Of a DNA stretch of 64,000 nucleotides, positions 22,927 to 35,823 are shown piece after piece; the stretch's first letter is position 1; each line of letters starts with the position of its first letter. The notes beneath the pieces were generated by a model, which was given only the letters and a program-made list of their open reading frames with translations, had not been told where the DNA came from and did not search any database. This stretch comes from Takakia lepidozioides (Eukaryota > Plantae > Bryophyta). Made by a program: the position numbers and the translations under genes. The DNA lies in contig CM060734.1 in NCBI GenBank assembly GCA_030704615.1, forward strand, positions 40,238,001-40,302,000, given 5' to 3'.

Positions 22927-24420
22927 CAAGGCTGGCACAACAAGGTTCAGCACCTCAAGGCCAGAACCTAGAAGTTCAGTCAACTGAAGGTGGTTATCCT
23001 CCTACGTCAAGTACAGAGGAGAGTATTGGTATGTTGTTACCACATGATCCATTTAGACATGAGACAACAAGGTCCACGATAGAGAAAGAGAAAGCGAATC
23101 AACATTACAAGTTGATCAACAAAATTTACGTAGGTCTACTCGGACAAGGACACCGTCCTTAAAATTAAAAGAGTCTCTCAGCAACGCTTATGCTTTTTTT
23201 ACCCAGACTGATGAGCCTTCCACAATAGCAGAGGCTTTGTCTGGACCTAATGCAGATAAGTGGCAAGATGCTCTTGATTCTGAGTACGACTCTCTTATAA
23301 AGAATAGAACGTGGACTTTGGTAGATCCTCCAGTAAACAGATCTATTGTCAGCTGTAAGTGGGATAAGAATGACCTCTTTACGAACAATCTTCTCTTTAG
23401 CTGCTAACCTAGATCTGGAAATACACCAGATGGATGTTAAGACCGCGTTCTTAAATGGTTATCTAAAGGAGGAGATTTATATGAAACAGCCTGAAAGCTA
23501 TGTCAAAGCGGGAAAAGAAACTAAGGTTTTTATGCTACTAACAACACTTTATGGCCTCAAACAATCCCCAAGGGCATGGTATGAGCGAATAGATTCTTAT
23601 CTATTGAAATCTGGTTTTGCTAAAACTCCAGCAGATTCAAATGTCTATGTTAAGCGCCATCAAGCTTTTTTGTATTGTTAGGGTTGTATGTTGATGTGTG
23701 CATCATTGTTGGAAACGATTTGAAGTTTCTGAAAGCAACAAAATCGGAGTTGTCAAGTGAGTTTGAGATAACAGATAATGGTCCTATTGAGTATTGTCTC
23801 GGCATACAAGTATCTAGAGATAGAAGAAAAAGAATAATTCATTTATCTCAAGAAAAATATATACGAGATACACTTAAGAAATTCAATATGGAATTATATA
23901 AAGCTATCTCTACACCAATGGAACCAGGAAGTAAGCTTTCCAAGGAAATGACTCCTGAAAGTAAATCTGAGCAAGAGGAGATGGTAGATATTCCTTATTC
24001 AAGTGTTGTGGGCAACCTGATGTACATTATGGTGTGTACACGACCCGATCTTGCTTTCCCTGTAAGTCAAGTTTCACAATTTATGGCAAATCCTAGAAAA
24101 CAACATTGGCTTGCTATAAAGCGGCTTTTCAAGTATCTTCAAGCCACTATAACTTTTGGACTTAGATACGGGATTCAAGTTGAGACTTCACCAGCAAACA
24201 CTATTCAAGGATGGTGTGACGCTGATTGGGTAGCAGATGTAGACAATTGGCGTTCTGTCACAGGTTATATATTTTGCATGAATGGAGGAGCGACATCGTG
24301 GCAAAGCAAGAAACAAGCTACTATAACTCTTTCGAGTACCGAGGCAGAGTATATGGCTGCTGCACATGCAATATAGCTTAGGCAGTTAATTAGTGGACTT
24401 GGATTCCCAAGCTCACCCAT
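22927..24420 (+). mobile_element. Ty1/copia retrotransposon, 3' half (RT and start of RNaseH), degenerate
   Basis: LRRSTR, EPSTIAEAL...W, QMDVKTAFLNG, LYGLKQSPRAW, LYVDV, CDADW, SSTEAEY; internal deletion near 23363; no 3' LTR seen. Confidence 0.92.
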
Positions 24421-24605
24421 TAGCTATTGAAGTTGCAGAGTGGCAACCTGGGATTGTGGTTGGTCCTAAGGGAAGAGATCTTCTTCTATCTATTCAATCA
24501 CTTGAAAGCGGGCATCTTGTGGTCAGAAAGGCTATGCTGACTAGCTAGCTAGCTAGCTAGCTAAACATCTCTTCACCAGACAAGAGGAAAAGACACGGGT
24601 CCAAC

Positions 24606-24740
24606 CTTTTCAGATCCCTTGATGATGAAGTAACCTCCCATATCGAAGTAGCAGTCACCCTTTCGAGCCAATTCGGCGTCTAACAAGCCACGTAGATGGC
24701 AGAATTGGGATTTAACCATGATAGGAATTTTGCCAATACA
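24606..24740 (-). pseudogene. NRPD2: NRPD2/NRPE2 N-terminal exon remnant
   Basis: Translates IGKIPIMVKSQFCHLRGLLDAELARKGDCYFDMGGYFIIKGSEK, followed by a GT donor; same strand as and colinear with 19443-20542. Confidence 0.8.
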
Positions 24741-25303
24741 TGTATACATACTTGAACACTCAGTTTATTCCAAAGTTCTAGAGTACTCTGCAATCAATTT
24801 CCAATTATCGCCACCAACTGATCTTTTGTAGAATTCAAACAATCATGTATGCAACTTTGCCAAGTATCTTTCCATCTTCTATAGAACATACGATGTGAAT
24901 GTTTGTATTCTATTTTAATTTCCCAATCTTCGCCTTAGACTTTGCTCTTCTTTTCGAACCAACAATGCAAAACTACTATTAAGGGGCCTGATTTGTGAGC
25001 TGACGCTCCTAGGTGTTTCTCTTTTGAAAAGAAAAAAAACCTAAAAACCTAAAAACCTAAAAACCTATCATCCTTATGCTCTTCTTTGTGATTCATTATG
25101 GTTCTTGTGTGTTCAACTTCTATATATCGCCTGATTTGATGTTGACTTAGCTCACATTTCAAAAATGTAGGCTCCAACATAATCATCACAACAACATCTA
25201 CGAGCATATGAATAGCATTTATCTGAAGTGTATGGCTTTAAGGTTATTTTTCCAAGCATGAGGTAATACGTGAAGTGCAATATGAAGTGTATTATTATAA
25301 TGG

Positions 25304-25453
25304 TGTAGATGCATACAACCTCGCATCATACCATTATTATCGCAGTTTAATTTCAAAGTTTGAAGGAAGCTAGAGTGATGTAGATGCATACAACCTCACA
25401 TCACACCATTATTATTGCAGTTTAATTTCAAAGTTTGAAGGAAGCTAGAGTGA
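25304..25453. repeat. Tandem duplication, 2 x 75 bp
   Basis: TGTAGATGCATACAACC...GCTAGAGTGA occurs twice with few mismatches. Confidence 0.9.
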
Positions 25454-26900
25454 ATCAGAGCAGCCGACTAGGATTTTTGTGCACGTCTTGCAATCTCATA
25501 CTATAGTTTCTGGCTGCCAACATGACTATATGTGCAATTTCCATCTAAAGGATAGTACAATTGAGTAAGTTAGGGTTAAGGATTCACCTTCATAAAGGCT
25601 CAACATATACGTATGTACAAAGTCCTTTGGCCATTTGAGCTATTCATAGATGTCAATTCATCTTTCTATCTTTGCATGGTGTTTTATATACCAATCAACA
25701 ACTTCATAAGAGTCTTGTCATCTAACAAATCTCGATTCTGCAAAATAGATGATGGTTGATCTACCTCAATCTATCTTAAGATTCCTCCTATGGATATCTC
25801 AAACAGACATCAAAACACGGAGAATCAGTTTGAGATGACGCCCAAAAGTCTGAAGAAGCTATGTAGGGATCTCAATGTAGGCCTCTTACTGCCCCTTCCA
25901 TGATCTCTCTTTGCAAAGTTGTTCATTGATTAACCTAATGGATGACGCGACCCGAAATGCAGTGTTGCGTCCAAATCTTTCCACAATGTAGAATCGTTGG
26001 ATGAAATTGGGCTTTGAGATTTTGGGCCAACATGCTTAAGGTGCCACATGATTAGAATCTAAGTGGCCTATACCAATGGAAAATTGGTTGGTAGGCCCAA
26101 TGCTGGGTATTTTTTCACTAAAAGATTGGAGTACACTCGACATTTGGGGCTTGGATTTTTGTTATAATCTTCCTAATGTGGTCAAATCATCTGAAATTCT
26201 TACAACAGATGGATGAAGTAGGTGTGTTGACTTTCATACGGGTCGTCCCTGTGGATGTTTGTCAAATAAGTGGATCAAGCTAAACAAATCGAAGCTAAAA
26301 ATGGTACCAAGCTGGGCCTGGAGAATGGCCCCCAATGCCCATACATGTATCTGGAATTTGGTGAAGAGTTGGAGCGCTAGCAATGCTTTAACTCTTTGCT
26401 CTCATGATATAAATATTGTTGCTTTTGCCTGAAGTTGGATAAACTGATCTCCATAGTGTTAATAGACACACATCACATGAACTTTGTCAGACACATTAAC
26501 TAAGAGAACACGGCCTTCCCTGAGGCAGATAAGACTCCATGCATCAGATGTAATATAGAGTCATCGCAAGATGTGTGTAGAAAGCGACAAAACAATTTCA
26601 ACTTGTGAAGTGCTAGCTCGCAAATGTGATGGGTGGGATGATCTCACTAGAGCTATGGAGAGCCAGTGACAGATAATACACATGCCTGAAGATAACCACA
26701 TTGGGTTTGCTAAAAGCTTGTCTGAGTGAGGCTTACACATGGAGGCTAAGAAATCTCTCCATAAGAAAATTACCCAGCCAAGTCCCAACGGTGTAAGAGT
26801 CTAAGTTTCTACCCATTATTATGTGACCAAGCAACTGCTACCATCTTCTCATGTACCCATTGGGAGAGAAGACGAATTGATCGTTTAGTGAAAGTAGAGG

Positions 26901-29007
26901 TCAGTGCTTGATACCCCCTAGGAACGTCTTTGGGTTGGGACAAGAGCCTGTAAACTGTGCTTGCGAGAAATCAAAGCCCGGGTGCTGCAAAAGATACCCA
27001 CTGTCAGTTAGAATTTGGTACAGAAAAAGTTATTCCTCAGATTGAATCGGGCTTGCCCATATATATAGCCTTCTGGATGGGATGGGGGGACGAAAAAGAG
27101 GAGAAATATTCTCATAGCTTCAACTAGCATGGCAGCTGAGATTGCCTTTGCCCAGTCTCAGCAGAGCAGAAAATTGGGAAGGGGGAAGGAGAGAGATGAC
27201 TAGACTTCACTTGCTGTCAGAGCACATAATTGAGGAGAAGGACAGAAGGAGAGAAACCACAGTAGTAGAAGGCTTGCTGCACTAATGGAACTTACCTTTA
27301 AAACTGCAGTTAATTGTGGCTTAGACAGGAAGTCAGACACATTGATTGACATAAAAAGTGCAGCATGAATCAAAGCCCAAATGTCTGTTCATTGTGGACA
27401 ATCGAACCTCTTCTTGGAAGCGCTCCAGCATGAGGCGCTGCTGCTCTTGGTCAGCAGTGTAAGAATCAAGGTCACCATGACCGGCTATGGCTGAGGGCCA
27501 AGGCTGCCCTTTCTCTCTCTTCTGTAGTGTTATGTGCAGTACCTGATCCTCTGCAAACATTTTGGACGGTGTTGGCTTGTTGGTTCCCCGAACCTGTTTC
27601 CTAGAAATAAAGTCGGAAATTGAAACGTTGCAGAACCTCTCACATCACAAAAATGCCAAAGACCAGAAAATGGCAGCACGTGGAATGAAAGCATCTCAAG
27701 GGGCCAGAGGAAGAGAAGACCCACCCACAGTCCAGAACGATGCATCAAGCTTGACAGGCCCTCCCAAATCATGCTGCACATCCATGCCCAAGTCAGAGTC
27801 TTGCCAGTAATCTCTTGTATTATCACCAAGCCACAATTGCCAGATTGTGTTTAGACCGCAAACTTACAGCTTGGTGGTTGAAAAGCCCAAGTACACAAGC
27901 AAGTTCAGACAGCATGGCACAATCTGAAAGGTACCAGGTTCACTTGTTTTGTCGACACTTGTACCTATGAGTTCAAAGTAACTAGGGGAAAGAGAAGGAG
28001 ATGGCAATCACATGACTTTCAACTACCAACTGAAAGTCAGCGTAAGGTGTCGTCCCAGCCTGACCATCACCTCCACAATCTCTTCAAGGGTTTACATTGG
28101 TTGGGTACTACCATGTTAAAGCTAAGAGACTTCATGGCCCATGTATTTCCCAGAAAACAAATTGATCTGACAACATTGGCGAGCAACCACTAACCTGAAC
28201 CCAAATCAGTGTGAAGGTTTTATTGCAAACCTCTTATGGCAACCATCCAATATAGAGCCAGCAAATAAAAGTCCAGAAAAAGATTCGCTCCATGGGCAAT
28301 GGCAATGTAGTGTGAAAGTAAGGCTTCCATCTCACAAAGCACCAATGCCTAGAGCTGAAAGTAGAGGATAACCCCAGAGATTTCTAACTGTGTATCAAAG
28401 TCTACTCAAACATATAGGATCACTTGCAAAAGATTTTCAAAATCATGCCACTGTTGTTCACATCAGTGGTTGGGATGCCCACATTAAGGTAGGGAGGGTT
28501 GCCTTTGATGCCAAGCTCCAAATGCTGTGGTTTTATCGTGCAATACAACAATCTTGACGGCAGATTGTCTGGCAATGGAACATAGAGATTGACCTCATCC
28601 AGTGTTTGGTCCCACTCATACACTGTTTGTCCTGCATACCAGCCACTGCAGATCATTACCACAACAGGTGCGTTTCATTGGCTTGATAACGTGCTCTGGT
28701 TCTTGGTCGATGAAATGGAATGAGAGACCAAAAGAGAGAAATGAAATGAAATGATACTTAATAACGTCCGCAGAAAGCTCAAAGAGCTTCTGGGACAAAA
28801 TGGAAGAGAGGGAACAAAACCAGAGCCAAAAAACAGCCCAAAAGCAACTACAGCAACAAGAGAGAAAGAAGCCTCCTTAATGTGAGGATTTCCATTATAC
28901 AGATCCATGGCCTTACAGCGGTTGAACTTATGGCAGGAGGTAGCCCAAGCCTACTAACCATCATGCTCAAAACGGTGTCGCTTCTCTGGAGCTAGTTTCT
29001 CTGTCAT
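26901..29007 (-). CDS. NudC/CS-domain (HSP20-like co-chaperone, NudCD2-like) protein, 5 exons
   Basis: Spliced MTEKLAPEKRHRFEHDG|QTVYEWDQTLDEV...GNPPYLN|HDLGGPVKLDASFWTV|EDQVLHITLQKR...RFQEE|HPGFDFSQAQFTGSCPNPKTFLGGIKH*. Confidence 0.92.
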
Positions 29008-30350
29008 CCTCACTGGCTACAGATCCAAGGCCTGCACAGATGAAAACTGTGAGTCTGCGCATATGAGCATAGAAGGCTCCCCATCCCCATCCCTTCCCTT
29101 TCAATTTCTAGCCATTATGAAAGCTAAAGAGAACCAGGAACATCCCCTGTCAACCCTCCATAACTGATTGTTGCAAGAGGATCGATAAATTAATATTACA
29201 AAGGTCTGTTGTTCACATCAGCTAAAACTGTTGGAAGAAAGGATGGAAAAGATCATAGAGGGTATAGAGCTCGGGTAGGGTTTTGAAAGGCTGTGAAAAA
29301 CTCCTTCCTGAGACAGCTGATCAGGGTCGGATCTCCTGGCAATTCTCTGCCCACACTTCACCGTAAGACTTTCACAAGGACGACTCAAGGTTACGGTTCT
29401 TAAGAAACAGTTCATAGCTACCACCACATATATGGCAGACTAGGCCTCCCTTCCGACAGTCAGTGCGTATGTGAGATACTTGAAGTGACAGTGATTGAGA
29501 CGGTTCTTAAATCCACAAAGATTTGTAACTGCGTTCAAATAAACTAGCAATTTATGCTAGTCCCCTGGATAAGACTAGCAAGTTTCACATTTGCGCCTGT
29601 CCATGACTGCTGAAAAATTATGTGGAGAAATCAAACCAGAACGACGCAGGATCTGGACATTGCCATTCAAGCTCTTCAATTTTCATATTGTCGAGAGACT
29701 GCATCAAACAAGGCCTCAAAGACACGAGTTATTTAGATTACCTAAAACCAAAATGCAAGAGTTCCAGGCTCAATCAAACCCACCGTGGAAACCTTCCGAA
29801 ATTGAAGCGGGAGCTCAGTTGAAGAGGAAATCAGCACCGATGATGCTGTCTTAAGCCCAGAAATGCGTTTCTGCAGCCTTGTGCTAGCGAAGGTTTCACT
29901 CCTCCGATGACAGGCACCACTGTAATAAAGGTGGGAGTAAGGAATCCCTTTTTGACTTTATGTGTCACAGCGCCAATCCCGTGTGCCGTACGAAGCCTTC
30001 CTTTGGCCTTTCAAGCTTCTACAGCGCCCAAGTCCACCTCCACGGACTAGGGCGATTTTCTTACTCGCGGCCGGGGAGACCGATTTGAAGGCATCGAGTT
30101 ACAAGTTGCATGGGTGCGAAAAAGATGGATTCTACGATTCTACCATTTCCAAGTTCTAATGGATGATACCGTCCATTCTTAGATTTGCAGCGAGCGACAA
30201 ATCCACCGAAGCATCTGTCTCTCTGGAGGATGGTGGATTTCAAGAGAAAATTCTCCGATGGCTGGTACCATCGCAATGATCCATCTCAAGACCCAAAACA
30301 ACTCATGACGGCACAACCTCATGAAATTCTTCCGTTGCAGGTGAAGTGGA

Positions 30351-33300
30351 ATGGGCTTACAAAGACGAATCTGGAGAGTTGGGTATGTTCTACCTCCATC
30401 TCTGTGTCCACAGTTAAACCGAGAAAAGCCAGGAGAGAAGTGATTGAAGTAGGCATAGATTTAGGGGTTGATCTTTGTGTTTGCCATGCAGGGAGGCGGG
30501 ATCGCAAAGCTGGAATCGGACTCAGGGGTTTATTCGCCATCAGACCCGGGACGAGGGCTTTCCCCTCGGCCCTTCCAATATCGTGGCTGATTCTAATGTA
30601 GCACAAAGACAAAGACCAAAGAGGACGGGAGGCAACAGGGAGACTTGTTGGGGTACTAGTATGAATTTGCACACAGTGTGCGAGGAGGGATTGAATGAGG
30701 CATTGCACATGTTGGATCTGAGCAAGCAACGTGGATTTGGATCATATTCCGATGCGTGTGCTTATCTCTTGCAGGGTTGTGTTAAGAGAAAAGCCCTGGA
30801 AGATGGCAAAGGGATCCATGCCCACATTATGAAAAGTGGATTCTTGCCAAACGTCTTCCTAGAAACCTCCCTTGTCAGCATGTATGTGAAGTGCGGGAGT
30901 GTTAGCGATGCCCTCCAAGTGTTTGACAAAATGCCAGTACGGAATGTGATATCTTGGAATGCAATGATCACAGGTTTAGTTCAGCGAGGGAATCATGTAC
31001 AGGCAATGAAACTCTTTCAGCAAATGCAAGCAGAAGGAATGGAGCCAAACAAGATCACCTTCCTGACCATCGTCAACGCATGTGCCAGCCCAATAGCTCT
31101 GGAGCAGAGCATGCGGATCCATGCCGGCATCATCAAAGCTGGACTGGAGTCAGATGTCCGCTTGGGGACTGCCCTTGTCAGCATGTATTGCAATTACGGG
31201 AGGGTGGAGGATGCTCGCCAAGTATTTGACAGAATGCCCAAGCGAGATGTGGTGTCATGGACAGCGATGATCACAGGATTTGCTCACCACGGGTATGGTG
31301 TTAAGGCTTTGGAATTCTTTCGTCAAATGCAAAGAGAAGGTATGAAGCCGAACAAGGTCACTTTCATTAGCATCCTCAATGCATGTGCCAACCCAGCAGC
31401 ACTGGAACAAGGCAAGCGGCTCCATCAGGAACTCATCAACGATAGATTTGAGTCAGACTATAGAGTTGGGACTGCTCTTGTCAGCATGTATTGCAGGTGC
31501 GGGAGTGTTGTGGATGCGCGCCTAGTGTTTGACTTAATGCCTAAGAAAGATGTGGTCTCATGGAATGCGATAATCGCAGGGTCTGCTCAGCATGGCCATG
31601 GTGAGGAGGCTTTGGTACTCTTTTGGCACATGCGAAGAGAAGGCATGAAGCCCAATTGGATAACTTTCATTAGCATCCTCAGTGCATGTACCATCCCAGC
31701 AGCTCTGGAACAGGGCAAGCAGGTCCATGCAGACATCAACCAAGCTGGACTTGAGTCAGATGTCCGAGTGGGGACTGCCCTTGTAAGCATGTACTGCAGG
31801 TGCGGAAGTGTGGAGGATGCACTCCAAGTGTTTGAGAAAATTCCGAAGGAAGATGTTGTCACATGGAATGCAATAATTACAGGACTTGCTCTGCATGGTC
31901 ATGGTGAGGAGGCGTTGGAATTTTTTCAGCAAATGCAAAGAGAAGGCGTGAAGCCTAACAATGTCACTTTCATTAGCCTCCTCAATGTGTGTGCTACCCC
32001 AGCAGCCTTGGAACAGGGCCAGGAGTTCCATTCAGGCATTATTAAAGCTGGGTTTGAGTCAGATGTCCGATTGGGGACTGCCCTTGTCAGCATGTACTGC
32101 AAATGTGGGAGTGTGGTGGATGCACGCCAAGCATTTGATAGACTAATTAAGCATGATGCAGCCCCGAGGACTGGGGTGATTGCAGGATCTGCTCAGCCTG
32201 GTCATGGAGAGGACTGCAGTAGTGGTGAGAATGCACGCACCATGCAGCCTGCACAAAATGTGACTTTCTGGAATGCAATGATTGCAGGATATGCTCAGCA
32301 AGGGCATAGTGAAGAGGCACTTGAACTTTTTCGGCGAATGCATAAAGAAGGCATAAAGTTCGATGAGGTTACTTGCATATCCCTCCTTGCCACATGTGCA
32401 AGCCCAGAAGCTCTGGAAGAGGGCAAGTGTGTCCATGCCAACATCATCGACGCTGGATACGAGTCAGATGTCCGCGTAGGGAATGCCCTTGTCAGTATGT
32501 ATTGCAAGTGCGGGAGTGTGGTGGATGCACGCCGAGTGTTTGATGAAATGCCTAACCGAGATGTAGTCTCGTGGACTGTAATAATTGCAGGATCTGCTCA
32601 GCAAGGACATGGAGTAGAGGCACTTGAACTCTTTCGACAGATGCAAGAAGTAGGGGTGAAGCCAAACAGGTTCACCTTCTTGAGCATCCTCGGGGCTTGT
32701 GTCAGCCTAGCATCACTGGAAGAGGGCAAGTGGGTCCATGCCCACATTATTAATTCTGGAGGATATGAAGCAGATCTACTTGTGGCGAATGCCCTCATTG
32801 ACATGTATGCAAAGTGTGGGAGTGTTGGTGATGCACGGCAAGTATTTGACAAAATTAGCGACAGAGATGTGTTCTCATGGACTGCGATGATCACTGGATA
32901 TGCTCAGCATGGGCATGGCAAGGACGCCCTTGAACTCTTTGAACAGATGGAAAGGGAAGGGGTGAAGCCAAATGAGGTCACATTTATTGGTGTTCTCTCT
33001 GCCTGCAGCCATGTTGGCCTAGTGGATGAAGGCCATTATTACTTCCTTTCCATGAGTCGAGATCATGGCATCACACCATCAGAAAAGCACTGTGGCTGCA
33101 TGGTTGACCTTCTTGGCCGTGCAGGATGCCTGGATGAGGCAGAGGATTTTATCAAAGAAATGTCCTTTGAACCAGGCACGTCAGTGTGGGGGGCCTTGCT
33201 TGGTGCCTGCAGAATTCATGGCAATGTGGACCTAGCAGAACGGGCCGCACACTGTATTGTCAAGTTGGAACCGCAGAATGATACAGTATATGAAGTGCTT

Positions 33301-33375
33301 TCAAACATCTATTGTGTGGCTGGCAGGTGGGATGATGTGGAGAACGTGAGGAAAGTAATGGAGGGTAGAAGGTGA
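30351..33375 (+). CDS. PLS-class pentatricopeptide repeat protein with E domain (organellar RNA-editing factor type)
   Basis: Long P-L-S array (VVSWNAMI / PNKVTFISIL / GTALVSMY), E domain VWGALLGACRIHG. Start inferred at 30351 with intron 30383-30490; main ORF 30475-33375; stops before the KEPxCSW box, no DYW. Confidence 0.92.
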
Positions 33376-33391
33376 AGGAGCCAGAGTGCAG

Positions 33392-34300
33392 CTAATTGCC
33401 ACCTTGAATTCTTTGCGGCGGAGAGCATGCAACCTGGACAGTATTCTGTTCCGCCCTAGAAAGTTTATGCCACACTTTGCCTTGAATCCATGACACTGAG
33501 ACTAAAAAGTGGTCAACCCCAAGGGTCCACTGCGAGTAAGGGTAGTCCTCTCTCAGCTTTTTCACATAACTTCTCAAAGAAACTCCAACCTTTGATGGCC
33601 CAATTCCCGGAGCCCTCCATAAGGCTTCTATTGAAACTGGCACCAAGAAAAAGCTTGCTTCTTCAGGTACTCAGAGGTGAATTTGCTCCAAAAATGGCTT
33701 TTCACAAAAATGGCTTCTGTGCAATTGACCTTCTCAGCTTGTTCACTCCCATCAAACAAGCTGTATTCCTAAGTGCTCTCATTCTGAGAAGGATATATAT
33801 AGATCTTAAACTTCCTGAACATCTCATTGTAATTCAATGAGAAAACCTTTGATGAATGGGATGGTCCTGCCAATGTTTCATGATTGGTGGCATCTGATAA
33901 GTCGATCGGTGAGAGATTTGCTGAGACAAATCTTCTGAGACAAATCTTCTTCCCTGGCAAAACCGTTATTGCCTGTGGACCTCTCTTCCACCTGATTGAT
34001 CTCTTTGACACTTTTGACATCCACTGATAGTCAGGAACAGAGGAACTCTCGGCAACAGAGGAGATGGAAGGACTGTGTGAACTATGGGTTCACTGTGAGA
34101 AAAGCTGAAAGCATTGGAGAGAACTTTTGACTGAGAGACTCTGTATACCAGCACCCGAGTACCAGTGCGAGCACCAGTGCCGTTATCATAAAAAACACTA
34201 TTTCCACTCTATTTATGCTCTGCTTTCGCACGGATGCCTCAATTACACCTCCTTTACTGGCATCTTCACTTCTACCTCTGCCCAAGTCAACCTTGTACAT
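33392..34300 (-). pseudogene. Exostosin/GT47 glycosyltransferase remnant
   Basis: N-terminal TM segment, FSLNYNEMFRKFKIYIYP, PEEASFFLVP, YPY...TLGVDHFLVS; multiple stops and frameshifts; truncated at ~33390. Confidence 0.75.
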
Positions 34301-35823
34301 CTCTTGATGTTGCTTCAAAGATGACAACACACAAACTACAAATCAATTCATCAAGGTTGCGAACACAATTTGGAGGATAGGTTCAGGCAGAGAGACATTG
34401 GCTGTGAACATACTGAGGTGGATTTGGGAGAGTTTAAACTCCATACACTTCACTCTCGGAAAGGGAAATGCTATGAGAGATAGGCGTGTAGACAGACGTT
34501 GGAATCCAGGACGGTCTTCTGCACGACTATGAGTCTCAAAGAAGGAACCCTAGCCTAGTATGAACCAAAAGGTGCATAAGACCTGAAATGAGAACATGGG
34601 AATAACTAAACTAAAATTTCCACCACCCATGCAAATGAATCGAAGATAGGCAGCGACACGGGTGATGGAGTATTGTGCTCTCTCTCTCTTTCTCTCTCTC
34701 TCAACACCACGCTCTAGGATCCATTGGACAGTGCTTGATGATCTGCCCCTTCCCTTAGTGGCTGGGATTACCTCTGCTGATCCCCCCTTCTCCTTTAAAT
34801 CTTCGCAGGGGGAGTCATTTCGTCCAAATAACCGGTGTGGGCCGTAAGAGCCCACATCCTCTGGAATACTTGGAAGTCCAGATGAGAGTTTGTCTTTGAG
34901 AACACACGGCCCAGCATCACAATGATTCTTTACAAAGTTCATTCAGAACTGATGATTGAGGGGACGAAGGCCTGCATTTCCTTGCTGGCAACTGTTTGCA
35001 CTGTTTGCAGCAGATGCACTGACCGACAAAAGGCACAGCTTTATGCAAAAATTTAACAACTCTTGGTTGCAAGCATGGCCTTACCTGCACCCGTTTGTCA
35101 GCCTCGCGCATCTACTAGCATGATTCCATCTCCTGAAGAGTAGGCTCTCTCCTACTGAGGGCGAGGAGCTGGAGGTTTCGGAATTCCAATATCAAAACTG
35201 AAACCTCCGGATTGCAGGGATGTCTGGCAGTCTCAACTCTCCTCCGCCACCTGCCTTTCCAACGACGCGTGGCATGCTCCAGTTCTACCTATTGGATGAA
35301 TTACACCCCATCCACTTGTCTTGCCGTGTCCCCTCACACGTGTTCAGGCTTCTAACAGTGGAGGAAGTACCTGTTTTCATCCATCCAAATCTCCAACTCC
35401 GCAGTTTGGTAGAGGATATCAGAGTATATTTCTCTAGATGCCCAATAGACTGCGTCCGTCAAGGGTCGAGGACATCCGAGTGGTGGAGACGAGAAGAGGG
35501 AGAGACTTTTCCATGGCCTCGTCGAAAATAATGTCAAGATCGATGTCGTTTCCACTTAGCAGGGACACCAGAGGATGAATGGGTTGGGGAATTCTGAAGA
35601 GAAAGAGAACAGTTGTTGATCATATTGGAGCTGAAGAAAATTTGTAAAGAGACAATGGAATCCTCTTGTAAATGCTAAAAGGAGTGGGGGATGGATTAGC
35701 AAGAGGACCACGGTAAAGGCAGGAAGTGAGGGGAGAGTACCTGAATAAGCTTGGGAATTTGAGAGAGAGAGAGAGAGAAGCTATAGAGTTCTTGGAAGGA
35801 CAGAGACAGAGACTGGGAAAGAG

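Noticed and set aside
24420-24600. Organellar insertion suggested by (CTAG)n run
   Set aside because: Follows the NRPD2 exon donor and reads as intron; no organellar gene recognised.
25036-25067. Telomere-like repeat
   Set aside because: Only four AAAAACCT octamers, not CCCTAAA; too short to call.
29200-30340. Short ORFs between the NudC and PPR genes
   Set aside because: No recognisable motifs; probably promoter/UTR sequence of the divergent gene pair.
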